Positions 37,301-46,348 of a stretch of 64,000 nt of DNA are shown here, piece by piece; within the stretch, counting starts at the first letter, position 1, and each line of letters begins with the position of its first letter. Source of the DNA: Candidatus Krumholzibacteriia bacterium (GTDB lineage: Bacteria > Krumholzibacteriota > Krumholzibacteriia > JAJRXK01). The notes beneath the pieces are model-generated. The model was not told where the DNA came from. It did no database searches and saw nothing but the letters and a program-made list of their open reading frames with translations. Location of the stretch: contig JBGPIA010000012.1 of the NCBI GenBank assembly GCA_041484665.1, positions 1 to 64,000 of the forward strand, given 5' to 3'. The position numbers were made by a program, and so were the translations under genes.

Positions 37301-38492
37301 GGACTCCGGCACGTCGGCCGATCTCTACGAGCACTGTTGCCGCGCTATCGACCGCTCGCTGCGCACGGGGCACCACGGTCTGCCGCTGTTCGGGACCGGG
37401 GATTGGAACGACGGCATGAATCGCGTCGGGCGCGAGGGCAAAGGCGAGAGCGTGTGGATGGGCTTCTTCTTGTGCTCGATCCTCGAGGAGTTCATGCCCT
37501 TGTGCGAGCGCCGCGGGGACCGCGGCCGGATCGCCGCGTACCGTACGCACCGCGAGCGCCTGCAGGTCGCCCTCAACGACGGTGGCTGGGACGGCGAGTG
37601 GTACCGCCGGGGCTATTACGACAACGGCGCGCCTCTGGGGTCGCACCAGAGCGATGAGTGCCGCATCGACGCCTTGGCGCAGGCCTGGGCGGTGCTGTCG
37701 GGCGTCGCACCCCCAAAGCGGGCGCGCCAGGCGATGGACGCGGTGGAGCGCCATCTGATCGCCGAGCCGGACGGGTTGATCCGGCTGCTCACGCCGCCGT
37801 TCTCCCATACGCGCAACGACCCCGGTTACATCAAGGGCTACGTGGCCGGCGTGCGCGAGAACGGCGGGCAGTACACCCACGCCGCGCTGTGGGTCGTGCG
37901 CGCCCTGGCCGAGATCGGGCGCCACGACCAGGCGGCGCGCCTGCTGGAGATGCTCACTCCGATCCACCACGCGCAGACGGCACAGCAGGTCGCGGTCTAT
38001 CAAGTCGAGCCCTACGTCGTCGCCGCCGACGTCTACGGGGAGCCTCCCCACGTCGGGCGCGGGGGCTGGACCTGGTACACCGGATCGGCGGGCTGGATGT
38101 ACCGCGTCGCGCTCGAGACGCTTCTGGGGCTCACGCTCGCGGGCGGCGACGCGTTGCGGGTGCGGCCCCGCATCCCGCGGGATTGGCCGCAATTCACGCT
38201 CGGCTACCGCGTACCTGGCGGGCTCGGCGTGCCGGACCGCCTCGACGCGCGGCGCGAGCCGGGCGGACCCGCAGCGCCCGGCGGGTCGCGCGTGCCGGGC
38301 AGCGGCGGCGACACGGTCTACGACATCCGCGTCACCAACCCGCAGCGTGCTCCGGAGCGGGTGGTCGCGGTGACCCTCGACAAAGCGATCGGACGCATCG
38401 AGGGCGGCGCGGCACACATCCCGCTCGTGCACGACGGGCGCACGCACCAGGTGGAGATCGTCCTCGGTCGCAGCGAAAGCGGGCCCGCGTGA
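34356..38492 (+). CDS. GH94 glycoside phosphorylase resembling the NdvB/ChvB C-terminal region (probable beta-1,2-oligoglucan phosphorylase)
   Basis: Two GT36-associated domains (AHPSFSKLFVQTE; NSREHRLTPWSND), YQSGGAFGFRDQLQD, GDWNDGMNRVG, RENGGQYTHAA, RGGWTWYTGSAGW. Start uncertain. Confidence 0.88.
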   Translation: MHSAPQSTPLHPLLGPVPSARFLSSESYAVLITAAGTGVSATPTHALTPWRADRTEDRDGLFVYLRDLDSRAFWSAGLRPVPRPDCGASARWQPGRFVLSRLDDGIEATLEVCVAPDAAAEIRRLVLVNRSGRPRRIEVTTFAEVALDDPAAHAAHPSFSKLFVQTERVEAQQALLATRRPRSPSERQPWMIHALLATGEGRAEAQSGGRGAAADGLAAREQGHETDRGRFLGRCAPVDAPRALTTDLPLSGTTGNVLDPCVSLRRVLRLEPGARAELAFLLGAAPDRSAALALVERFEHRGAIAAAFEGAQARERELLGRLDVTEAQAESFQELAGAMLYGHPGLRASPAVLARARGSTADLARYGISPRRALAVVHAERPAGAARLRELVNAHRYWQAHRLPIDLLVLSDGEPPRISSAAADQVTPPLVVRAADLPPADLDLIDTFARLVVADTAWDLGACDALPATAVPRAGGATAGAAIASRATVGPATAKPATAAAATAPLEELRFANGLGGFTAGGEEYVIRLRRDASGSFAYPPRPWTNVIANETFGFIVSETGAGTTWSRNSREHRLTPWSNDPLLDPHGEAFYVRDEETGAFWSPLPGPAPAAGDYEMRHGLGASCCRHESAGLEQETVLFVLHDAPVRVTRLRLTDRSGHARRLSLFAYYRLALGGLPQESGRFVVTELDLASQAVLARNRLAGEFADGITFAAVVGPGPAQRAGGLEAPEGASGTARLQSVHASGDRYAFLGGGGSPADPAALRAGATLDGHVGAGLDPCVAQQAVLELPAGGSVEVCFLLGEARELDEARALIARLRAPGAAAAALEEARAFWQRGVSGVRIETPSPALDVMVNGWLPYQVLSCRIWGRSALYQSGGAFGFRDQLQDAGALVYLWPQRVRTQLLLHAAHQFAEGDVLHWWHPPAGRGLRTRFADDLLWLPSLTAFYVRTTGDWSVLEERVRFLAARALRDGEDEAFLQPEDSGTSADLYEHCCRAIDRSLRTGHHGLPLFGTGDWNDGMNRVGREGKGESVWMGFFLCSILEEFMPLCERRGDRGRIAAYRTHRERLQVALNDGGWDGEWYRRGYYDNGAPLGSHQSDECRIDALAQAWAVLSGVAPPKRARQAMDAVERHLIAEPDGLIRLLTPPFSHTRNDPGYIKGYVAGVRENGGQYTHAALWVVRALAEIGRHDQAARLLEMLTPIHHAQTAQQVAVYQVEPYVVAADVYGEPPHVGRGGWTWYTGSAGWMYRVALETLLGLTLAGGDALRVRPRIPRDWPQFTLGYRVPGGLGVPDRLDARREPGGPAAPGGSRVPGSGGDTVYDIRVTNPQRAPERVVAVTLDKAIGRIEGGAAHIPLVHDGRTHQVEIVLGRSESGPA

Positions 38493-39907
38493 GCGCGCAC
38501 CGCCGTGTCCGCTCCGCCGCCCCCGATCCCGCGGGCGGGCGCGTGCAGTTCCCCGAGCAGTTCCTGTGGGGCGCGGCCACCTCCGCGTATCAGATCGAGG
38601 GCTCGCCGCTGGCGGACGGAGCCGGTCCCAGCAACTGGCACCGGTTCGCCCACTCGCCGGGGCGCACCGCCGACGGAGAGACCGGCGACATCGCCTGCGA
38701 CCACTACCACCGCTACCGGGACGACGTCGCGGTCATGGGCGAGCTGGGCCTCTCGGCCTACCGCTTCAGCCTGTCGTGGAGCCGCATCCTGCCCGCCGGG
38801 CGTGGGGCCGTGAACCCGGCCGGGCTCGACTTCTACGCGCGCCTGATCGATCTGCTGCTGGCGCGCGGGATCCAGCCGTGCGTCACGCTCTTTCACTGGG
38901 ATCTTCCGGCGGCGCTCGACGACTGCGGTGGCTGGCTGAATCCAGACAGCGCGGAGTGGTTCGCCGAGTACGCGCGGGTGGCATTTCGCGCCTTTGGCGA
39001 CCGCGTGCCGCTGTGGGCGACGATCAACGAGCCCTGGGTGGTGGCCGACGCCGGGTATCTGCACGGCGTGAATGCTCCCGGGCACCAGAGCGTCTTCGAG
39101 ACGCCGATCGCAGCGCACCGCCTGCTGTGTGCCCATGGCGCCGCCGTGCGGGCCTACCGGGCGGAGGCGCGCTCGAAGACCGGCCAGATCGGCCTTGTGG
39201 TGAACCTCGAGCCGAAGGACCCGGCCTCGCAGTCGCCCGCCGACCTCGCCGCCACACAGCGGTCGGACGCGTACATGAACCGTCAGTACCTCGACCCCGT
39301 ATTGCTGGGGAGCTACCCCGAGGAGTTGCAGAGCGTCTTTGGCGAGGCGTGGCCGGCGCATCCCGAGCAGGAGATGCGCCTCATCGCCGAGCCGATCGAC
39401 TTCCTGGGGATCAACTACTACACGCGCGCCGTCATGCGCCACGACGACCTGGCGCCGCCGGTGCGGGCGAGCGCCGTGCCGCAGCCCCACGCGATCCGCA
39501 CCGAAACCGGCTGGGAGGTGCACCCGCAGAGCCTCACGCGGGTGCTGCTGTGGGTGAAGGAGCGCTACGGCAACGTTCCGCTGTACATCACCGAGAATGG
39601 CGCCGCCTTCTACGACCCGCCCAGCGCAATCCACGGTGAAGTCCAGGACCCGCTGCGGGTGGAGTACTACCGCGAGCACCTGCGGGCTGCCCACGCCGCG
39701 CTGCGCCAGGGCGTGGACCTGCGCGGCTATTTCGCCTGGTCGCTGCTGGACGACTACGAGTGGGCGAGCGGCTACTCCAAGCGCTTCGGCCTGGTGCACG
39801 TGGACTTTGCGACGCAGCGGCGGACGCCCAAGGCGAGCGCGCACTTCTACCGCGAGGTCATCCGCACACGCGGCGAGGCGCTCAGCGACGCGCCGGGGAC
39901 CGCGTGA
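38489..39907 (+). CDS. GH1 beta-glucosidase
   Basis: FLWGAATSAYQIEG, TINEP (acid/base), YITENG (nucleophile), KRFGLVHVD; GTG overlaps the GH94 stop. Confidence 0.95.
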   Translation: MSAHRRVRSAAPDPAGGRVQFPEQFLWGAATSAYQIEGSPLADGAGPSNWHRFAHSPGRTADGETGDIACDHYHRYRDDVAVMGELGLSAYRFSLSWSRILPAGRGAVNPAGLDFYARLIDLLLARGIQPCVTLFHWDLPAALDDCGGWLNPDSAEWFAEYARVAFRAFGDRVPLWATINEPWVVADAGYLHGVNAPGHQSVFETPIAAHRLLCAHGAAVRAYRAEARSKTGQIGLVVNLEPKDPASQSPADLAATQRSDAYMNRQYLDPVLLGSYPEELQSVFGEAWPAHPEQEMRLIAEPIDFLGINYYTRAVMRHDDLAPPVRASAVPQPHAIRTETGWEVHPQSLTRVLLWVKERYGNVPLYITENGAAFYDPPSAIHGEVQDPLRVEYYREHLRAAHAALRQGVDLRGYFAWSLLDDYEWASGYSKRFGLVHVDFATQRRTPKASAHFYREVIRTRGEALSDAPGTA

Positions 39908-40034
39908 GGCGGGCCAGCCCTTTCCCGTTGACCGGCGCTGACCGTATCCCGTAGCTTTTCCAGCACTTAGCATCTGCGTGCTCGCCCGTGCCGCGCCCTG
40001 GCACGCAGCCCGTTCCCAGCAGAGGCAGCCCATC

Positions 40035-41582
40035 ATGTCCAACCCGCTGTTCGCCAAGAAGCCCTTGAGCTTGCTGCTCGAGGAGATGAAGGGGGACAAC
40101 CGGCTCCGGCGGGTGCTCGGGCCGGTCACCCTCACCAGCCTGGGCGTCGGCGCCATCATCGGCACCGGCATCTTCGTGCTCACCGGCGTCGCCGCCCACG
40201 ACCGGACGGGCCCCGGCCTGATCCTGTCGTTCTGCGTGTCCGGCGTCGCGTGCATCTTCGCCGCGCTCTGCTACGCCGAGTTCGCCTCGATGGCGCCCGT
40301 CGCCGGCTCGGCCTACACGTACGCGTACGCGACCTTGGGCGAGCTGTTCGCCTGGATCATCGGTTGGGACCTCGTGCTGGAGTACGCGGTCGGATCGTCC
40401 ACGGTCGCCCACGGCTGGTCGGCGCACTTCCAGGACCTGATCAAGAGCTTCGGCTTCAGCATCCCCCATGCGTTCGCCTCGGCGCCCTTCGACTTCAACC
40501 CGGCGACGGGCCAGTTCTTCTCCACCGGGTCGTACTTCGACGTGCCGGCGATCGTCATCACCGCGATCATCACCACCATCCTGGTCATTGGCATCCGCGA
40601 GAGCGCCGGGCTCAACGCGGTGATGGTCGGGGTGAAGCTCTTGATCGTGCTGTTCGTGATCGCGGTCGGGTCCTTCTACGTCGACCCGGCCAACTGGCAT
40701 CCGTTCGCTCCGTTCGGCTACACGGGGGTGAGCTTCTTCGGGCACATGCTGTTCGGACAAGCGGGGGCCGGGGGCACACCGTTGGGAGTGCTGGCGGGAG
40801 CCGCCATCATCTTCTTCGCGTACATCGGCTTCGACTCGGTGTCTACCCACGCCGAGGAAGCGCGCAACCCACAGCGCGACGTCCCCATCGGGATCATCGC
40901 ATCGCTGGTCATCTGCACGATCCTCTACATCGCAGTCTCGGCGGTGCTGACCGGGATGGTCCGCTACGACCAGATCGACATCAACGCGCCGGTGGCCCGC
41001 GCGTTCGCCAGCCGCGGGCTGCCTTGGGCGCAGCGGCTGATCGACGTGGGCGCCATCACGGGCATCACCTCCGTGCTGCTGGTCATGATGCTCAGCCAGC
41101 CGCGCGTGCTGCTGGCGATGGCCCGCGACGGACTGGTCCCGCCGAGCATCTTCGGGGCGGTGCACCCGAAGTTCCGCACCCCGTGGAAGTCCACCATCGT
41201 GACCGGCCTGTTCGTCGGCACCATGTCGGCGCTGCTGCCCCTGCGCATCCTGGCCGAGCTGACCAACATCGGCACGCTGCTCGCATTCGTGATCGTCTGC
41301 ACCGCAGTGCTGATCATGCGGCGTACGAACCCGCACGCCGAGCGGCCGTTCCGCGCGCCGTTCGTGCCCTTCGTGCCCATCGCGGGAATCGTGACCTGTG
41401 TCGTGCTGATGTTCTCGCTGCCGGTGGAGAATTGGTGGCGGCTGATCATCTGGCTCGGCCTGGGCTTCGTGATCTATTTCAGCTATGGCCGCCGCCACAG
41501 CGTGATGTCGCGGGTACGGGCCGCGGAGGCGCTCAACGGCAAGGGGACTGTGACCCCGCCGGTGCGTCCCGAGGAGGCATGA
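40035..41582 (+). CDS. APC-family amino acid permease (CAT-like)
   Basis: GAIIGTGIFVLTG, CYAEFASMAPVAGSAYTY, FFAYIGFDSVSTHAEEARNPQRD. Confidence 0.93.
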   Translation: MSNPLFAKKPLSLLLEEMKGDNRLRRVLGPVTLTSLGVGAIIGTGIFVLTGVAAHDRTGPGLILSFCVSGVACIFAALCYAEFASMAPVAGSAYTYAYATLGELFAWIIGWDLVLEYAVGSSTVAHGWSAHFQDLIKSFGFSIPHAFASAPFDFNPATGQFFSTGSYFDVPAIVITAIITTILVIGIRESAGLNAVMVGVKLLIVLFVIAVGSFYVDPANWHPFAPFGYTGVSFFGHMLFGQAGAGGTPLGVLAGAAIIFFAYIGFDSVSTHAEEARNPQRDVPIGIIASLVICTILYIAVSAVLTGMVRYDQIDINAPVARAFASRGLPWAQRLIDVGAITGITSVLLVMMLSQPRVLLAMARDGLVPPSIFGAVHPKFRTPWKSTIVTGLFVGTMSALLPLRILAELTNIGTLLAFVIVCTAVLIMRRTNPHAERPFRAPFVPFVPIAGIVTCVVLMFSLPVENWWRLIIWLGLGFVIYFSYGRRHSVMSRVRAAEALNGKGTVTPPVRPEEA

Positions 41583-43084
41583 GGACTCCGGGGGAAGCCC
41601 GGGGGGAGGCTCCCGCACCCGGCTTCAAACGCGAGCTGAAGCTGCTCGACTCGACGATGATCGTCATCGGGTCGATGATCGGCTCGGGGATCTTCATCGT
41701 CAGCGCCGACATCGCGCGCACCGTCGGCTCGCCCGGCCACCTGCTGCTGGTGTGGTTGGTCACGGGCGTCATCACCGTCATCGCGGCGCTGAGCTACGGC
41801 GAGCTCGCCGGCATGATGCCCAACGCCGGCGGCCAGTACGTCTACCTGCGCGAGGCCTACAACCCGCTGGTCGGCTTCCTGTACGGCTGGACGCTCTTCC
41901 TGGTGATCCAGACCGGAACGATCGCGGCCGTGGCGGTGGCGTTCGCCAAGTTCACGGGCATCCTGGTCCCCTGGTTCGCCGAGACCCACGTGCTGGGGGC
42001 CGTGCTGGGGCGCAAGATCTCAGCGGCGCAGCTGCTGGCCATCGCCAGCATCGTGGTGCTCACCGGCGTCAACCTGCGGGGCCTGCGCACCGGCAAGATC
42101 GTGCAGGACGTCTTCACGATCACCAAGACGATCGCGGTATTCGGGCTGATCCTGCTGGGCATCTTCGTGGGCCGCAACGCGCATGCGGTGGCGGCCAATA
42201 CCGCGAGCTTCTGGAACGCGGCTTGGACGCACGTGACTGCGGGCCGCGTCGCCAGCGTCGAGCCGCTGTCGGGCCTGATGCTGCTGGCCGCCATTGGCGT
42301 GGCGATGGTGGGATCGCTGTTCTCGGCCGACGCCTGGAACAACATCACGTTCACGGCGGGCGAGGTGGTCAATCCGCGGCGCAACATCCCCCTCAGCCTG
42401 GTGCTGGGGACGGGCACCGTGATCGTGCTCTACCTGCTGGCGAACGTCGCCTACATCCTCGTGCTGCCAGTCGCCGGCTCGCCGGAGGGGGCGACGGTGT
42501 TGGAGCGCGGGATCCAGTTCGCCCAGAACGACCGGGTGGGGACGGCGGCAGCCGCGATGATCTTCGGCGGACCGGCCGCGGCCATCATGGCTGTATTGAT
42601 CATGGTGTCGACCTTTGGGTGCAACAACGGGCTGATCCTGGCCGGAGCCCGCGTCACCTACGCAATGGCGCAGGACGGGCTGTTCTTCCGCCGCACAGGA
42701 GCCCTGAACAGCAAGGCCGTGCCCGGCTTCGCCTTGGTAGCGCAGGCGATCTGGGCGAGCCTGCTGTGCCTGTCGGGAAGCTACGGCAATCTGCTCGATT
42801 ACGTGATCTTCGCCGTGCTCATCTTCTACGTGCTCACCATCGCCGGGATCTTCCGCCTGCGCCGCCTGCGCCCCGATGCGGAGCGCCCCTACCGCGCGCT
42901 GGGCTATCCGGTGCTGCCGGCCTTGTACATCGTGGCGGCCGCGGCCATCTCGCTCGATCTGCTGATCTTCAAGAAGCAGTACACCTGGCCAGGCCTGGTG
43001 ATCGTGCTCACCGGGATCCCGGTGTACTTCCTGTGGAGAGCGCTGGCGGGCAGGCAACGCACGGCGGGCGACAGCGGCGCATAG
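41579..43084 (+). CDS. APC-family amino acid permease (LAT-like)
   Basis: GSMIGSGIF, YGELAGMMPNAGGQYVYLREAY, DAWNNITFTAGEVVNPRRN; ATGA overlap with the upstream gene. Confidence 0.93.
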   Translation: MRTPGEARGEAPAPGFKRELKLLDSTMIVIGSMIGSGIFIVSADIARTVGSPGHLLLVWLVTGVITVIAALSYGELAGMMPNAGGQYVYLREAYNPLVGFLYGWTLFLVIQTGTIAAVAVAFAKFTGILVPWFAETHVLGAVLGRKISAAQLLAIASIVVLTGVNLRGLRTGKIVQDVFTITKTIAVFGLILLGIFVGRNAHAVAANTASFWNAAWTHVTAGRVASVEPLSGLMLLAAIGVAMVGSLFSADAWNNITFTAGEVVNPRRNIPLSLVLGTGTVIVLYLLANVAYILVLPVAGSPEGATVLERGIQFAQNDRVGTAAAAMIFGGPAAAIMAVLIMVSTFGCNNGLILAGARVTYAMAQDGLFFRRTGALNSKAVPGFALVAQAIWASLLCLSGSYGNLLDYVIFAVLIFYVLTIAGIFRLRRLRPDAERPYRALGYPVLPALYIVAAAAISLDLLIFKKQYTWPGLVIVLTGIPVYFLWRALAGRQRTAGDSGA

Positions 43085-43116
43085 GACGCGTGCCCCGCCT
43101 GCCACGGCCCGGCCGG

Positions 43117-46100
43117 TCAGTGCCGCAGCAACACCGTCGCCGGCACGGCGCTCACGACGATCTCCCCCGCTGTTGAGGGCTTCACCGACTTGCCATTGAC
43201 GAGCGCCGCGCGGACGGGCCAGGGCAGCGGCGGGCGTACTATGATGCCGCCGGCGGGGACCCTCAGGCCGCCCTCGATGCGCACCTGCACCACCGTGTCC
43301 GCGCTCTGCATCGTGTAACTCAGCGTCCCGTAGCGGGTACCCAGGCCGCGCACCACCAGGCCCGGCGCCGGGTGCAGCCAGGCCAGGGGAACACCTGCGC
43401 CGATCACCAGCGCGTCGTCCTCCTCGCGCTCGTAGGCGAGCATGTCCAGCACCGACCGGATGTAATCGGACCCGACCCAGGTGTGCGGCAGGTCGCCCAG
43501 GAAGTGCGGCGCGCGCGCGTCGTGCCACACGACCTCCGGCCACTGCCTCCAGCCGGTCGGGCGCTGGTACCCCAGGAAGAAATCGAGCGCCTCGTTCGCG
43601 CGCTCGCGCCACCCCAGACGCACGAAGGCGCCGATGGTGCGGATCTCATAGGGGGTGAACGCCTCCCACGCAGTACCGGCGCGCCGGTCGCGAAAGAACT
43701 CGTAGTACTTCTGGAATGTCCGCTCGACGGCCGCGCGCGGTAGTACGCCACCGGCCCCCGCCGGCGCGAGCGCGATGGTCGTGGAGGTCGCGTCGAAATC
43801 ACCCAGGTCGGCGCAGCCCGGCACGTAGTCGATGGCGTGACGCTTCATCGCAGCGTCCACCGACGCAGCGAGGTCGTGCTCGAACTGCTTGCAAATCGCC
43901 TCGAGCCGCGCGCGGTCACCTTTGCGCCCCAGCTCGCCGGCGAGGAATGCGGCGTCCTTGAAGCCACGCAGCGCCCAGAAGTCGTCCCAGTACGAGTGCA
44001 TCGGCTTGGCCGAGTATCCCTCGTGGCTGATGGACGGCGGCAGCAGCCCGAAGAACTCCCGCTTGTCTGCCGTGCGGTACTCGTCGCTGCGCCGCGTCTG
44101 GCGCAGCGAGTCGAGGTAGGCTGCAGCCTTGCGCACGCGCGGGAACATCGTCGCCATGAGCGTACGGTCGCCCGTGTACCGGTAAAGCTCGGCGACGAGG
44201 TAGATGAACTCCCCACTGCTGTCGTGCTCGGGCACCGGATCGGCGCCACGGGCGTCTACCACGCAGGGGATCTTGCCGTTGGGGTACTGATTCGGCGCGT
44301 ACCACTCCAGGAACGCGCGCACGGGCTCGCTCTCCCCCAGCCGCAGCAACGCCGAGCAGGTGAGCGCGCCATCGCGGATCCACGAACGCGCGTACGAGCG
44401 CGTGCCGGGCTGCAGCGCCGGCCCCACGCGGCCCGCCAGGATCCAGGCGAGCTGGGCGCGCAGCGACTGCACAACCGCTGCCGAGGAATCAGGGAGCTGG
44501 ATCGTGACGCGGGACAGCCGTGATTGCCACTCGGCGTGGCAGCGCTGCAGTTGCTCCTCGGATTCCGTCAGGGCGGTCCTCACTGCCTGGTCGCCGTCCC
44601 CGGGTTCGGGAATCGGCACAGCCGCCACGCCGGGCCGGGGGATCTGCACGTCCACGTCGTGCTGCGCTCCGGGCGCCAGGTCGAGCGGGAATGCCAGGGC
44701 CCCGGAAGCAGCCTCGAAGGGGTCGTCCACGCTGCCGTTGGGCGGAAGGCGGCCGGCGCGCAGATAGTCGGTGACGATGTCCCCCGCATCGAACGGCACC
44801 GCTCCGAAAGCCGCCGAGCACGCGGCGGCTTCGAACAGAAGCGTGCCGTCGAGCGTCGCGCGCCAGATCCTGCCGCCAGCGTACGCGCGGGACGAGATCG
44901 AGCGCACGCGGGCCGTCCCACCCGGCATGTTGAGGAATTGGGCGGGCGGATTCACCTGAAACGGCCGCAGCGCGAGGTAGAGCGTCACCAAGGCCGAGAC
45001 CTGGCCGTGATTGGCGATCCGGTAGCGCGCGCTCAAGCGCGAGAGCGAGGGGTCTCCCGCGGCAAACGCCGTGATCGTCAGGCTCAGATCGCCCACCGAC
45101 CACCGCACCGAGGGCACCGGCAGGAATCCAGAGTCCAGCGACGGCTCGATCTGCGCATCGCCCCAGGTCACCAGACGACCGCCGACGTATAAAAACGGCT
45201 CGATGGAGAGCGCGCCCTTGCCGGTCTCCAGCATGCCATCCTCGCTGAGCAGCCCCTGCGGCGCGCCGCTTTCGGTCCCCACGATCGTCCAGTAGACCTG
45301 TTCGCCCGACATGCCGCGCGGGTAGCTGCCACGCAAAGCGTCTTGGGCAATGGCCTGGAAGAAGGCCTCGCGCGTCGCCGACCATGCGAGCGGTTGCAGG
45401 CGCAGCTCGCGCATCGCGATGGCGGGCTGCCCCGCGCCTTCCGCTGCAACTCTGCGCGCCCGCACGCGCACGTAGCGCGATTCGGACTCGGGCGCGTAGA
45501 CATAATCGCGCCCGCCGTTGCTCCCGCGCACCTCACGCAGCGTGCGCCAGGCCGTACCATCGCCGGAGGCCTCGACATCGTAGTCGGGGGGGTGGCGGCC
45601 CGCGGCCCAATCGACCACGAGCCCGCCATACTCGCGCTCGCCGCCGAGGTCCAGGGTCAGGGACGGCGTCGCATCGGCCGTCGCGCACTGCCAGGCGGTC
45701 GCCGTATCGCCGTCGGCCGCCGCTGCCGCAGGATAACCGGGCGCTTGCGAGGAGGCGCTGGCCAGCGGTGGCGGAAACGTGGATCCGGGCGGCGGGAGTG
45801 GCCGCAGTTGCAGGTCGTCGATCCAGACGCTGCCGGTTCCGCCCTTGCCGGCCGTGACGGCGAACTCGAGCGCGGCCACGTGCTTGATCTCTCCGCCGCC
45901 CGCCGGCCCCCACGCGAAGCTGATCTGGCGCTTCTTGATCGTGAACGTCTCCCACTGTGCGGGGAAACTCACGTCGCGCCGCACCGACCACCAGACGTTC
46001 TCGCTGCTGTCGTCGATCAGCTTGAACTCGAGGTGGTTGGACGGCGCTTCCCCGCGGATGCGAAACGAGAAGGCGTAGTTGTCCGGCAGATCGAGCGAGA

Positions 46101-46341
46101 GCGCGCGGTGCGCCACCGCGTACCCGCCGCCATGGAGGAACTTGAAATCGAGCCGCATGGCGTGTCCGTGGTCGCCGGCATCGGAGCGGATGGCGAGCTC
46201 CACGCCGTCGGCCGGGTGCGCCGACCAGGCGCTGACGCTCTCGAAGTCGTCGACGACGACCGGCGCCATCTGCGCGGCGGCCCGCCCGGCCGGCGTCACA
46301 GCGCCAGCCAGCAGAAGCGCGCACCCCAGAGACCGTATCAC
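43117..46341 (-). CDS. Secreted carbohydrate-binding domain + F5/8 type C (discoidin) domain + probable (alpha/alpha)6 glycoside-hydrolase-like domain
   Basis: Signal peptide; VDDFES..LDF; AADGDTATAW..LTLDLG..YDVEASGDGTAW; SYARSWIRDG, SISHEGY, HSYWDDFW, GDLPHTWV. Confidence 0.8.
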   Translation of the reverse strand: MIRSLGCALLLAGAVTPAGRAAAQMAPVVVDDFESVSAWSAHPADGVELAIRSDAGDHGHAMRLDFKFLHGGGYAVAHRALSLDLPDNYAFSFRIRGEAPSNHLEFKLIDDSSENVWWSVRRDVSFPAQWETFTIKKRQISFAWGPAGGGEIKHVAALEFAVTAGKGGTGSVWIDDLQLRPLPPPGSTFPPPLASASSQAPGYPAAAAADGDTATAWQCATADATPSLTLDLGGEREYGGLVVDWAAGRHPPDYDVEASGDGTAWRTLREVRGSNGGRDYVYAPESESRYVRVRARRVAAEGAGQPAIAMRELRLQPLAWSATREAFFQAIAQDALRGSYPRGMSGEQVYWTIVGTESGAPQGLLSEDGMLETGKGALSIEPFLYVGGRLVTWGDAQIEPSLDSGFLPVPSVRWSVGDLSLTITAFAAGDPSLSRLSARYRIANHGQVSALVTLYLALRPFQVNPPAQFLNMPGGTARVRSISSRAYAGGRIWRATLDGTLLFEAAACSAAFGAVPFDAGDIVTDYLRAGRLPPNGSVDDPFEAASGALAFPLDLAPGAQHDVDVQIPRPGVAAVPIPEPGDGDQAVRTALTESEEQLQRCHAEWQSRLSRVTIQLPDSSAAVVQSLRAQLAWILAGRVGPALQPGTRSYARSWIRDGALTCSALLRLGESEPVRAFLEWYAPNQYPNGKIPCVVDARGADPVPEHDSSGEFIYLVAELYRYTGDRTLMATMFPRVRKAAAYLDSLRQTRRSDEYRTADKREFFGLLPPSISHEGYSAKPMHSYWDDFWALRGFKDAAFLAGELGRKGDRARLEAICKQFEHDLAASVDAAMKRHAIDYVPGCADLGDFDATSTTIALAPAGAGGVLPRAAVERTFQKYYEFFRDRRAGTAWEAFTPYEIRTIGAFVRLGWRERANEALDFFLGYQRPTGWRQWPEVVWHDARAPHFLGDLPHTWVGSDYIRSVLDMLAYEREEDDALVIGAGVPLAWLHPAPGLVVRGLGTRYGTLSYTMQSADTVVQVRIEGGLRVPAGGIIVRPPLPWPVRAALVNGKSVKPSTAGEIVVSAVPATVLLRH

Positions 46342-46348
46342 GGACGCC

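Noticed and set aside
34356..38492. Full cyclic beta-1,2-glucan synthase (NdvB/Cgs)
   Set aside because: Only the C-terminal GH94-type region is present; the membrane GT84 synthase part is missing.
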